Below, piece after piece: positions 50,801 to 60,189 of a DNA stretch of 64,000 nt. The notes beneath the pieces were generated by a model, which was not told where the DNA came from, did not search any database, and was given only the letters and a program-made list of their open reading frames with translations. The DNA is taken from NCBI GenBank assembly GCA_964036045.1, contig OZ038378.1, positions 168,888,001-168,952,000 on the forward strand. The letters are read 5' to 3'. The stretch's first letter is position 1; every line of letters starts with the position of its first letter. The translations under genes were made by a program, and so were the position numbers. This DNA is from Eutreptiella sp. 'Long Island Sound 2002' (lineage: Eukaryota > Protista > Euglenida).

Positions 50801-53800
50801 AGGCAGGGGGAGCTTATCCGCGTCCGCAAACCGAGGAGTCGAGCCCTCTGTGAGCATGCAGCTCAATAGGTGCATGCTCACGGCCAAGAGGCAGTGCTTC
50901 AGTACCATTCGGAGTACTATCCACCCCCAAATGCATATTGATTCCTCGGGAGGTGCGGGGGGGAGTAAGCCATAAGCCCCCGAAGGCAGCGGGGCAGGGT
51001 TTTTCTTAGAACAGGCGGCAGTCCTCATCACTACCAAACAGTCACGTTTGAGAGCACAGAAACCTGATACACACACTCGTCATCGATGTATTCCATCGCT
51101 CCTTCAACATTGCGCACGTTGATGTTTTCATACATTTGGCGGATGACTTGCTCTGCCGTCAGCTTCAAGGGGGCTGTATGGCGTTGCAAGCAAGTCAGGC
51201 AGGGGACGTGACTCACAGCGTACCATGGTACCAGCATCTGAGCACCAGCACATATTTCCCCACCACATGGCACTGAACTGTGACAGTGCACTGGACTTTG
51301 GTGCATGTGCTGCTGCAGGGTGCTTACAAGGCAGTTGAAGGACTGTGGCAGCAGGAGCAGTGTAAACAACTTCGTGGGACCGTTACAATCAGCACATAGA
51401 TAGAGAAATGTGATGCTGTCCGGCACTGTGAAACACGGTGAGCAACATTTTCAAAACATGCACGTAGAACGTTGCGTGTCCAAACAAAGGGGGGGTCGCA
51501 CATTGTGAGAACACAAAGCACACTAGCCCGTGCAGCGGGTGTGCCAGCACAGGAACCGTGGAGGAGCAACGCAACCAAATGTGGGGCTATCGCCCAGTAC
51601 TAAATTCCTTGAGCTCCTTTGGGATGCCAAACCAAACGTCCGATGCCAAATCTCATACATTAGATAAGTGTGTTTTGCCTCGTGTGTCGAAGTGGAAGGA
51701 AGTGAAGCATTGAAATGAACAACGGGAAACACACCACAGTCTTGGTCCCATGTGAACAGGAGGAACCGGCCTTCCACGGTTTCACACCCCTAAATCCACG
51801 ATATTATGGCCCCCTCCTCAGGCCGCAAACAATTCCTTGGCCCCGCAAAATCGACGCTGGGCCATAGCCGCGCCCCCGCATTACCCTCGCGCGCTCACTG
51901 AGGCTAGCCTCATGGGGGCCACGATCACCATTCTTCACCTCTCACAGGGGCGCTGCCATCTCCAGAGAGAGTGTGTACCGGGCATACTGGGGAGCTACAT
52001 TCGGGGGAAGGGGGTTTCAAGTCAGCAGGAGCCTGCGGGACACTCTGTGTGGTCCAGACCGCACCCAGCAGACGTTTGGATAAAGCGTACCTTCCCCCCT
52101 TGAAATCTCCCCCCCAATGTCATGACGGCTCCCCCCAAGGGCGGTCATGAAGCGACGGGCCCCTCCCAGGGGAGGGGGGAGGGGGGGGACCACACAATGG
52201 TAGCACTAAAACTGCAGCAGTTCCAGCATAACCGAAAAAAACTTTTTCTTCGGCGCCTTTGGCGCCTGGTATTTCCTATGCTTTTTGGGCGAAGTGACGG
52301 TCCAAAGGGGGGGGGGGTATCACCATTGGCACGGGATACATCCCTCTGAGTGTGTTGGGACACACTCATGAGACACACTTTGGGATATACATATGATGCA
52401 TGAAACCCAAGAACAGAGGGAAGAGAATCCGGGCCATCCCCAACAAGACACACGCTATGTCAACAAAGATTCTTCAAAGATAATTGCCCCATCGTGTCTA
52501 GGAAAGAGCTGCAAGGGGCCGCGGAACGAACGGCGTAAAACTGTCTTGAAACGTGGGATGCACACGTGATACACACGTTTGAAGTTTGGGATACAGTTCG
52601 ATACAGTAATCGGGATTAATAGAATACACTTCATCTGCACGTCCGGGACCAGGCCCACGTGGTGGGGAGCACCCTCCGGACCTCAGGGGGGAGATATGGC
52701 GCAAATATGAGGAGTGGTAGCAAGATATCGCTGCAGTACGTTGTAGCGTATTTCGAGACTAGTGGGTTGACAGCAGGTCATTGGTGAATGGCAACCCCCC
52801 CCACCACCCCAAAGGCCAAAAGGGCCGGCAAAACGTTTGTGTACCTCAAACCGGCCTCCCATTTCGGGTCCTTCTAATGAATTTCATTTGGTGGGGGGGT
52901 TTGGCTGGGAATGGCCAAGGCCTCAATGGCCCTCCGCCCGGGGTCCTTCAGCAATGGCCTGTTTGATAGGACGTGGGCGTGCTTTGTTGTGTGGGGGGTC
53001 CGTCTTGTCGAGGGGGCTGGGCAGGGATGGGTGTGTGTGTAGCAGAAATGCCGTCAGCTTGACAGACACGCTGGCCCACCAGCGTGTCTCGCGCTGCGCT
53101 GCATTGTACCCGAGCGCGCTGCAGGCTACCGCTGAAACTGCCTGAGGCAGTGATGCACACACAGTACATAGATATGCATCCCGACCGTCCTGCGCAGAGT
53201 GCTTGCAATTAACGTCGTGACCCCGAATTGACATCCCTCCAATTTGTATCTGCAGCATGGCATGGGGCGTCCTTACCTTTTTTTGTGCCAGTCACTGAAA
53301 GCAAAGCCCACTGTGCTTGCTCGCTCCCAGCAGACTGGGAATGGAAGTGCCGGCGGTAGTGCAGGGCATGCCACACGGCGACGACGATTGCGGCGACTGT
53401 GCCAGTCAATGCCACAATGCCAACGGTCGTGGGGCGAGCTTTGCTGGGAGCTCTGAGGGAGGCAGAGTGCTTGCAGCGATGAGAGGGAGGACAACAGGTT
53501 GGAGAGGAGGTTTAGGTGCAGGCTTGGGCGACTAGAGAGGCACAAGTCGCGAGGACAAGCTGCACCGAACAACAGGGGCATCTTGCGCAACCCCTGCATG
53601 CCCCCCACGCGTGATCGTTGGTTTGGGAGAGGACCCAAGCAGTTTGAGGTGGCAGGATGGGAGGTCTTGCACTTCTCCGTAATCAACATGGAGCTGCGCT
53701 TGGATGCATGCTTTGTCGATGCCCCTCCTGAGGTGAAAACACAAACCCTCTCCCCACGCAGGCCACCTTGCATGATCCGTTTCGTCGGACAACTGGGCGC

Positions 53801-54113
53801 TGTGGTACCCAACGACCTGTGCAGCAGCACTGGAATGAATCGGTCCATGGCCACGTGCTACATTGCCATACAAATCTGGACCCGGGACAAGTAGCGGCAT
53901 ATGGCTGAGACCTTGGGGCTGAGCCACAGGCTGCATGCGATGAACTGCGGCTGTTGCGAACATCTGACTGTGGCTTGAGCTCCACAGAGAGTTGACCATG
54001 TACAGGAGAGCAAAGGTAGTGACAAACGAAAAGAGGGCAGCACTGCAGGGATTGCTACGCTGCGTCGCCGCCATACTGCAATTTGGGGCCAAAGTCATGG
54101 TGTGGTAGGCCAT
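12406..54113 (-). CDS. Six-exon gene: plastid-targeted SnoaL/NTF2-like domain plus multi-pass membrane domain fusion, about 577 aa; join(54113-53817, 53469-53277, 51173-51064, 48266-47898, 45717-45409, 12861-12406)
   Basis: Exons are joined by GT-AG introns with matching phases (0,1,0,0,0). Spliced junctions restore continuous motifs (DDECVYQ|DLNFPEP; SVFNINE|AYIFMFLPLL). The exon 1/2 boundary and the exon 5 acceptor are less certain. Confidence 0.82.
14203..14370. ncRNA. Palindromic dimer of two convergent tRNA-like Pol III units (SINE/MITE-like)
   Basis: Plus unit: A box TGGCCAAGTGG 14206-14216, B box GGTTCGAGCCC 14249-14259, TTTT 14271-14274. Minus unit: A box CGGTCCAATGG 14367-14357, B box GGTTCGAATCC 14325-14315, TTTT 14302-14299. 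The units are symmetric about 14286/14287. Acceptor stems are not intact. Confidence 0.7.
14915..15844 (+). pseudogene. Family X decayed ORF, fragment 1 (downstream part), ending in a putative winged-helix-like domain
   Basis: 14915-15260 is closely similar to 32130-32470. The plus frame reads EIRDKEANANGPWVQRFL*TLKASIELYVKECLAGPHNVTQHVGGEHN with stops. ORF 15257-15844 contains FVVTGHTGDVLPRAEV...MGVTKDVWWMDGRPVAVYAGIRK. Confidence 0.55.
16255..22830 (+). repeat. Tandem array of a 1.8-1.9 kb unit (about 3 copies plus a partial), interrupted at about 16800-17980
   Basis: Collinear markers: tttggaaccacg at 16304, 19463 and 21274; ggagccatggcccccac at 18061, 19988 and 21744; cctaa(gc/ag)tggggc(g/a)gagcaaac at 18861, 20682 and 22753. 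Confidence 0.88.
23380..24760 (+). pseudogene. Decayed ORF, possible MULE-type transposase relic
   Basis: The stop-interrupted plus frame reads LFEEDDEEEFTITFTWAYK...KKEFADIDDFFVSWATLVLNEHSFKEFDEERAKL, with later protein-like stretches (KNMWMQCTEFAKRVRGRKVLVFKDLG). The MULE resemblance is weak inference. Confidence 0.3.
24903..25525. repeat. Tandem duplication of about 306/317 bp
   Basis: The block gttggggtgct...ggccgaatcaagttgta...ccatgcccctatac starts at about 24903 and again at about 25209. Confidence 0.9.
25996..26749. repeat. Tandem duplication, 373-bp period, 2 copies with high identity
   Basis: gcctgtgcattgtctggtcccctcgtcgccaccgtagagg at 25996 and 26369. Both copies end in cattgtctggtatgcacac, and copy 2 has small insertions. 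Confidence 0.93.
27180..27510 (+). pseudogene. Family X decayed ORF, fragment 2 (upstream part)
   Basis: ggctttgacacacctc...agcgcctcatcttgca...cgctcaaagca...cagctgcttgg is shared with 31760-32050 and 35990-36280. Confidence 0.75.
28154..28313. repeat. 21-bp minisatellite (consensus gggagttgaaattgagtagga), about 7.5 copies
   Basis: The 21-nt periodicity is directly visible. It translates as heptads (RRELKLS on plus, LLLNFNS on minus). Confidence 0.9.
31745..32520 (+). pseudogene. Family X decayed ORF, fragment 3 (links the upstream and downstream parts)
   Basis: Contains IFKEQQMAFVERLILHAMTLKA...LKTITDYAQNP (shared with the 27.2k and 36k copies), followed by the EIRDKEANANGPWVQRFL block shared with the 14.9k copy. 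Confidence 0.75.
32889..33842 (+). pseudogene. Decayed ORF of unknown family (about 318 codons, one in-frame stop)
   Basis: ORFs 32889-33284 and 33300-33842 are in the same frame and separated only by TAA at 33282-33284. The composition is protein-like (DYWCQEC; DYVPAYLRGQPKPKLVCPYKVK). Confidence 0.4.
34640..36950. repeat. Degenerate dimeric satellite (about 45+52 bp units; core aaatggctacataaccc.tgccgtcttggggg.ccc)
   Basis: Alternating units recur about every 95-100 bp. The array is interrupted at about 35900-36310 by a Family X fragment. Related arrays occur at 38920-39418, 41790-41900 and 43000-43945. Confidence 0.8.
35975..36310 (+). pseudogene. Family X decayed ORF, fragment 4, embedded in the satellite
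   Basis: tttacccgtaaggggctggctttgacacacctc...gcagctgcttggtc matches the 27180 and 31750 copies. Confidence 0.75.
37834..37912. repeat. (GT)n microsatellite, probably the (CA)n tail of the adjacent LINE-like relic
   Basis: Pure TG dinucleotide run directly abutting the repeat that starts at 37917. Confidence 0.95.
37917..38905 (-). mobile_element. LINE-like relic copy A (RT-like FIDD motif, (CA)n tail on the minus strand)
   Basis: Direct repeat of 40807-41790. A minus frame has KPIAMVCFIDDVSLAH, resembling the RT catalytic (Y/F)xDD motif, and the element ends in (CA)n. Confidence 0.55.
39411..40760 (-). mobile_element. Non-LTR retrotransposon (LINE) ORF2 fragment: linker plus RT domains 0-2, truncated at both ends
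   Basis: TGLDGWCVADLLCLP...WPRILARGFISLIPKGEG..PMQQRPLSVMSQIYRVWAGVRL...WQETWIH is a typical LINE RT N-terminal motif series. It is frameshifted at the C22 run 39758-39779 and cut off before the YxDD domain. Confidence 0.88.
40807..41790 (-). mobile_element. LINE-like relic copy B
   Basis: Direct repeat of 37917-38905 (KPIPIVCFIDDVSLDH). Has a short degenerate (GT)n at 40785-40802. The internal 235-bp block is inverted relative to copy A. Confidence 0.55.
43000..43945. repeat. Dimeric satellite array (same family as 34640-36950)
   Basis: About 10 alternating units with tggctacataaccc...gtcttgggggtccccaaa...gggacgaaat cores. Confidence 0.85.
45409..45717 (-). CDS. Exon 5: start of the membrane domain (IFGLAAAVYVYLLFISPSGGLMPGDPAWAIKPEDLQEVIGESINFFFILP...ESVFNINE)
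   Basis: Acceptor caTAG|GTC at 45718, with an in-frame alternative caCAG|TCA giving a start at 45702. Donor GAG|GTAGCC at 45408. Confidence 0.85.
45835..46490 (+). repeat. Microsatellite-spaced A/B module pair inside intron 4
   Basis: Module A gtcagttgacagtcaaacaagacaaagcatgttc...ggcgcctttctg (about 45850) and module B gtcagg...aaaagcag...gcactaggcgcctttctg (about 46427), separated by (CA)n at 46267-46375. Confidence 0.75.
46878..47056 (+). mobile_element. tRNA-derived SINE-like element (Gly/Asp/Glu-type head plus (CA)n tail)
   Basis: A-box-like TGTCCCAGTGG at 46887 and GGAGGCGCCGGTTCGATTCCCG (B box 46930-46940), followed by (CA)n at 46958-47055. The acceptor stem does not pair. Confidence 0.65.
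47898..48266 (-). CDS. Exon 4: core of the SnoaL/NTF2-like domain (DLNFPEPYEGGEAVRKLF...GVTWHVELDGIPFPNGRGCSYYR...ARDLVESALKPG)
   Basis: Acceptor ttgcaCAG|GAT at 48267 and donor AAG|GTTCGT at 47897. 369 nt, in frame. Confidence 0.9.
49722..49960. repeat. Short tandem duplication, period about 171 bp
   Basis: tctaca...gctggtggggcg...aacacctatctggtgg...ctttgg(c/t)acacc at about 49722 and about 49893. Confidence 0.7.
51064..51173 (-). CDS. Exon 3: start of the SnoaL/NTF2-like domain (APLKLTAEQVIRQMYENINVRNVEGAMEYIDDECVYQ)
   Basis: Acceptor cataCAG|CC (phase 1) at 51174 and donor CAG|GTTTCT at 51063. Confidence 0.88.
53277..53469 (-). CDS. Exon 2: second hydrophobic (stop-transfer) domain of the plastid presequence (VGIVALTGTVAAIVVAVWHAL...QWALLSVTG)
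   Basis: Strong donor AAAG|GTAAGG (phase 1) at 53276 matches the phase-1 acceptor of exon 3. The acceptor ctgcaAG at 53470 is inferred and alternatives exist. Confidence 0.7.
53817..54113 (-). CDS. Exon 1: signal peptide plus S/A-rich transit peptide (MAYHTMTL...AALFSFVTTFALLYMVNSLWSSSHSQMFATAAV...)
   Basis: ATG at 54113, 9 nt after the AG acceptor. A hydrophobic stretch is followed by an S/A/Q-rich region. The 3' boundary (CAG|GTCGTT at 53816) is inferred. Confidence 0.65.
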
Positions 54114-54122
54114 AAGCCACAC

Positions 54123-54150
54123 CTTTGAAAAGATACAGAAAAATGCAAGT
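54123..54150 (-). promoter_or_regulatory. Candidate SL trans-splice acceptor (polypyrimidine tract plus AG)
   Basis: The minus strand reads cttgcatttttctgtatcttttcaaAG|gtgtggcttATG. Confidence 0.6.
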
Positions 54151-54479
54151 ATGAGGTGCCCTGGGACCAGTGCTCCTGAAACTTACCCATCTGAACACTG
54201 CTCTTAGGGGCATACTGTCCACAGCACTCTACAATCCTCACCAGCCCTGACCAACCCCGTACAACAATATGCAAAGATGTACAACACTCAAAACACAACT
54301 ATCTACAGCCCAATTCAGCCCTACTCAAGCAATAACTTGTCTGCCCCCACCCATAACCCTCCCAAACCCACATACAGCCGTCACTTGCTTTTAACCAAGC
54401 TGTGCATCGTGCACTGACCCTTCACCACCCTCCAATAATTGACACACAGCCTAATCACTACCGACCAAACTTTCAAAAT

Positions 54480-55070
54480 TTGCGAAACCTGCATTTTTGC
54501 GAAGGCCCCCACCTTGTAATAAACTTTTTTGCGATTTTTTTTCAGTTTTGCACACAGAAATTTAAATGGCCAGCCACAAATTAATTTTATTTTTACAATT
54601 GTTTTTTCAATTTGCGTTCACCAACAAAACTAGTGCATCCAATTAAATTGTCCATGCATACAAATGACACACTGTGGGCCCAGACATGAACACTTGGTCA
54701 TCATGAACAATTGAATGAAATCAGGACGTCCCAATTGACGGCGGTGTACAGCAGTTGCGTGCGGGATCACAGAGAAAATAGGTTGTAGAGTGAACATAGT
54801 GGAAATGGTGCTGAACAAAAAGCAGGAAAACACACAAAAGAGACCAAAAAAATGTGGTACCTGCAACGAGAAATACCCATGCCTTGATGCGTAGAATTAA
54901 TTAAAAATTTGGGATTATTTGCAATTTTGCATCATCTCTTTTGATTGTAGGGCTAGAATTAATTTTTTTTCGTAATTAATTTTTCTTGGCGTGGGACTAA
55001 CTTGAAACGCACGACCTACCCCAGAATTAATTAGCTTTAACTTTCCTAAAGTTTGGCCGGTATGTGTCAA
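54480..55070. repeat. AT-rich block with repeated aattaatt motifs, possibly a DNA-transposon subterminal region
   Basis: Repeated agaattaatt/taattaatt motifs. A similar AT-rich taatt block occurs at 42380-42470 and 42820-42860. Confidence 0.35.
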
Positions 55071-56099
55071 TCCAGTATTTCTCACTCCACTCCTCTACGT
55101 ACAATCCCCATCAAACTACACAGGGGAAACATGTGCTCCTTGCCATACTTTCGGGCAAATACCCTAGACATTAGTCCCAGATCTATACTCCCCTAGAGAG
55201 TCCTAGAGTGACCAATTCTGGGCCCCGTTGGTGTAGCGACATGTGTTCCGGCCGCTTGCACCTCACTAAGCACCCTCAGAATCATGGTCAGATGGGATTA
55301 TGTGCTTTGATAAGGTTGCACTTGCGTGCAACCCACAAGTACAACGGCCCTCGGGTTGATGAGGCTTTGGATGATGAAATACAAGCAAAAACTTGTGGAA
55401 GAAAGTTCATTTTTCACATGGGCCCTCAAATCCTGGTTGCGAATGGTATTGGGTATGGACGAGGGTTGCGAGGTTTGGAAAGTTGCACGAGGACTGCATC
55501 CTTGCTGAGCATTGTGGGGACTGGATAGAAGCTGAGTAGCGTTGTGGGGATTATGTGTTGTGTGGTGTCTAAGGATTTTATATGAAGGTGTTCCACTATG
55601 GCGCAAACCGGGCAATTTTTTAGGCCCAAATGCCCCAACTGGCGCCATTCCAGCAACTATCAAGATCTTCCCTGCTTTGGGGACTTTGATATGGTGGGGG
55701 TTATGTGGCCATTTTTCTCCTCCACACTCTGGTGATGGCTTTCAGGCCATCATTCATGCTCAGCATGCTGCATTGGCACATTTTGCATTCAGAGGCAGGT
55801 CCTTTACCACCCTTATGGACCGTGGGGACATGTTTCCCCTCATGTGTGGACCACTTCAAATGCAACCAACAATGCTACCATTTTGAAACATATTGGATGA
55901 GGTTGATGTTTGTGCTTGCTGTTGTCGAAAGGACACCAGCACACTTTTTCGATGAAGGAAACTGTTCTGCTGAATGTATTGGCCCCTATACTTGTGGGAA
56001 CAAACTGTGTACGGGGCACATTAAATGTGACTCTTTTCTGTATGTAATTTGCATTGGCATATTTAGTGCTGCGTTGCACGTTGTGCCATCACTGACAGA

Positions 56100-57330
56100 G
56101 TCAATATCATCAGCGGAGAACTTGGAGCACGAGTTGCTGCCACCTCACTTTGGCTGGTCTTTCCACCCAGGTAAAAGAGAGCGACAACAACCCCTTTATT
56201 TCTTCTATGTGAGACACATCCAAATGGGAGACCACAAAAGAGCTCATTTGCCTCTGCATGTGCTTCACAACCCCCACTGCAAACAGAATTGCACGGCACT
56301 CAGGGAGGCTTTTGGCTTCGCATAATGCTACCCATCCCTCAAATGCTTCGACTAAAAAACTTTTCTCAGAGTGCCCAACAATGTGCTAGCGCTTGCAACA
56401 AAAATGCCCAGCCAGGTGCAAGCAGAATCGATCATGCTCTGCGAGAGGTGCTGCAGTTGTGCTGCCTCCATCTTTACACTCATGATCGCAAAATACGTCA
56501 CATCAGCCCTTTCCCCAATTTATGAGCAAATTTCAGGGTATGTGACTCATTTGCATACAAAAAAAGAATACGCTTTAACACGATGTGATCGTGGCGTTCG
56601 TTGAACGAGGGTTGGGGCTTTAAATGAATGCATCGGTCCCGAAGAGGTAGGGGACCAGCAGTAGTGGTAGGGACATGCTCTCTGGTGGTGAACCAGATGT
56701 ACGTACGCCACCAAAGTGAGACCGCAGGGTCCAACACAAAAAGGCATGCACGGAGCCAACAGTAATGGTGTTTGGGAACGGAAGAATATCAGGTTATAGA
56801 TGTGGACATTCCTTATTGTGACTAGTTCAGAACACAAAGAGGAAAGCTCAAAGAACTTTCCATAAAGGTATGATGACCTTGCAAAAGCCGACAGGCACTC
56901 TGATGTGGAAGCTGCAAACATCACGGATGACAGAATGGGGTTTTTCTTAACGAATACTGCAGGCATTTATATGCGAAAAGAATCCTGTGCAAAGCAAGTG
57001 AAAAATTGTGCACACCATTGAAACCTTTGGGATGAAGAAAGCTCGAAAAACATTGAACAGCTGAATGACAGAATGAATCATGCTTTGCGTAGGAAAGCCC
57101 ACGCAAAAACATGCACAGCACAGCACGCAGCCTGTACACATAAATCACTTCGTAATTTGGAGGGAGCATGGGCGGTATATTGCGAGCCTCAATGTCTATC
57201 TGCTCGTCAAAACAATGAGGTCTGTGTCAGAGGCGTTGCCATGCCACTGGGCATAGCATGGGGCCAGGGGCTTGTGTTCCGCAACGCAAGGGGCATTGCT
57301 GAATCAACAGAGGCAAACTGATGGTGTTTG
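56100..57330 (+). mobile_element. Decayed DNA-transposase-like ORF, possibly KDZ (Kyakuja-Dileera-Zisupton) type
   Basis: Stop- and frameshift-ridden plus frames, including KTCTAQHAACTHKSLRNLEGAWAVYCEPQCL, which resembles the KDZ TC..H.A....G....C.H motif, and upstream Cys-rich stretches. This is a recalled resemblance only. Confidence 0.33.
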
Positions 57331-58599
57331 ACAATCACCCGCGAAGGAACTTCTCAGGTCCAAAACATATCTGCATGGCCCTGTAGCAGCGGCAGTGATG
57401 GGGCTGTAAAGTCGGAAAAGGGGGGGGGGGGGGCAGAAGGAGTGGCAAGCATGCGAAAGAAGGGCGGGTAAAAAGCTTCAGACAGCCGGCCACAGAAGCC
57501 ACTAGGAGGTTTGAAAAATACTTAAACATACGGCAAAGCAGGAATTCTAAGCAGAGCCTCAGAAAATGTTCCTTACAGATTCCGACGCTTCACTACAGGG
57601 TGCCATGTGTGAAAGCTTATTCACACGCGAATGCCGGTTCAACGGTATTGAGGTATGTTCTACAGACTACTCTCTGCAGAAGTCTATATATAACCTTCTA
57701 AACGGACAAAATCTATGTACATCAGAACAGCAGGTGGAACTTGAGGGAAATCACACCTCGCAAATCTCTATGTGGGTCAGCTTCAACACAATACCGGTGC
57801 ATTTTCTTCAACAAAGCGGACAGGGCTAGCTTCAGCTGCATATTGTTCAGTATGCGCAATGCCCGCGTCCAGTCGGTTTGGACCTCAACAGTGCACCAAC
57901 CGATCAACAAGCGCCGTTGGTTACTGGCCACCTGGCGTTGGTTGACCAGACAACCGCAGACGGTGAAACGCCAACCTCCGTGGAGCACCCGCAATCGTGC
58001 CATCCAAAACCCAATTCCTTATTGAAAACAAAAAAGAAATATCCCATTCCAAGGGACAGCACCGTGTACAGGTCGCCTTCAACATCGTAACCCACAGCGC
58101 ACCTCCGCGGGTCCTCAAAACGGGCGGTCTTTGTGTAATTCTCGCCGGGCGGACTCCGATATCATGCGGCCCCGGGAGCCGGTTACGCTGAGCGTATCCA
58201 CTGAGGCGGCCACTTTGTCGGTTGCAAAGACATTGATACTGGTGCGGCCTCCGCCCCACGATGTTTGGCCCCGGCCTGAAGCACAGCACCGGAGCTTTTT
58301 TATGGGCGGGGACAACACACCAGAAACCCCCCGTGCGTCGCGGCATCACGGCACGGCTACACGGAGGGGCAAGGGAAAGCAGCGCTACATGCAGCAAGTG
58401 GCATCAGAGCACAGCTCCGGGATATACCCAGGGCTCAAAACACCGTAATGCAGCCGCCACTGGCAGCACAACAAGGCAGCGCAGGCCGCACCACAGCTGC
58501 ATACCATCACACAAACGCCCCCAGAAGCCTGGTGTCGTTCCTCGACACAGCACACCGCCCAGGCAAGAAACTCAAACCGAGGCGGAGAGGTCAGCAGAT

Positions 58600-59900
58600 T
58601 GTAAGAAGGATCTAAAATTGCGGCCGTCATGGGTGCTCGAAACCGAAAAACGCAGGGAGGCTTCGGCAGACCATGCCGTACTTGACCACCGCTGGCTCGT
58701 CAATGCCGGTGGTGGTGATTGGGCCACGGCGGTTGATGGCTAAGCGGCAGTTGGTGGTCAACCGACAAAACCCAGCCAGTCCCCCAGCAATCGCTGGACC
58801 ACGATCGGGCGGCAACCGCCGGCCGGAGGGGGGGGTCCACAAAGGCCGGCAGGTTCCGTGTTGCACAATTGCTGTCATGTCTTGTGTGTGACCCATGTGC
58901 GATGTATGACGCATGCCGATCGAGGCCTGTTCTGGGGGAGGGGGGGGGGTCGTTGCCGGGGGGGGTGACTGGAGGACCGGTCGAGTTTGGTGTGGCTGTC
59001 CTTGGAGGAGGGCGTGTTCATCCTCCTCGGGGGGCCGTGACCCATTCCTTCCTGACAGACAGCCCTGATGCAGACCCGGGTCCCCTTCCACTTTTTGCTT
59101 CAATATGGACCCCCCCTAACCACTTGACCGGGTCCGGGTGCTGTCTCCAACCTTCCAAGATGGGCCCACGTATGGAGCCCACCGGCGACGATCTTGCCGG
59201 TTTCAGGTCGGCATGGGCTGGCTGGAAAATTGCCATTTGCGGGTGACCTCTGAGAACCCCTGGGGACTCTTGGGCCGTTGTTGCGTGATCAGTTGGTGAC
59301 AATGGGACGGCATGTAAATCCATGGAGAGCCATGTAGCACCAATGAGGCCCCCCTCGTGGTGTTTCCTGCTCCCCGAGAGCACCGTTGTGGGCCTGTTTG
59401 CACCGCGGTGCGCATACTTCGGTTGGCCTGTAGCCGCCGTTGTGCGTCGCTTCACCGCGGTTTGTCGACGTACCGTCCACCGTCGTTGCCTTACCTCTCA
59501 ACTCAGTTGATGGACCGCCAACCACCCTCACCCTCGACTGGGGGCAGGCCTCAAAGAATCCACAACCATATGCCGGTCATTGGGGGGGGACTGTCTCACT
59601 GGTTAACTCCCCTTGATCCCGCATGCGGCAGGACACCCGGGCAGTTTGGGGGGCGCAATACCTGTAGATGCCGGGGCAGGAGGGGGCTGCCTTGAGGGCT
59701 CAGGCGTGGGCTGCGGGGGAGGGGCTTGGGCTACAGCCTTGTCGGGACTGATCTCTGGTGAAGGCACAGGCGAGAGCTCTTTGCGGCCGTTGGCGGAGGG
59801 TGGCGTGGAGGGCACCGCAGCGTTGACTGGCCGGCGCTGGGGCGCGGCAATGCCTCCCGTTCTCTGCATTTGGCGGAAAGGCACGACTGGAGGGAGGCAC
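58600..59900. mobile_element. Degenerate GC-rich interspersed element, family unassigned
   Basis: GC/CpG-rich island with several broken ORFs on both strands and no diagnostic motif. Confidence 0.2.
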
Positions 59901-60189
59901 TCGTGAAACGGGGAACTAGTAGAATGTGCTGTGCCTCTGCAGTAGATCTGCCGAGGCAGAACGCAGGTCTAAAGCTGTGACCACAGTTCTCACTGGCTGC
60001 GCTGCTGTGCACAGTTCAACGCTGTCCTTGACACAACGGCGCCATACATCGCTGATTTAAATCAGGCGCTGACCATCCAGTGCTACGAGCTACCGCCATG
60101 CCCTGCCACTGGCAACGACAGACCAAGAGACCGCTTGACCTCTCTCGTTATTGCAAACTAAGGCTAGTCATCACAGTGCTTGACACCCG

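Noticed and set aside
52344-52369. ctctgagtgt resembling a euglenid spliced-leader start, within a 9-bp hairpin
   Set aside because: The match is too short, with no SL 3' part, donor GT or Sm site.
53470-53816. Non-conventional (non GT-AG) euglenid introns in the fusion gene
   Set aside because: All junctions can be explained by canonical GT-AG in the correct phase. Only intron 1 is uncertain, and there is no positive evidence for a non-canonical form.
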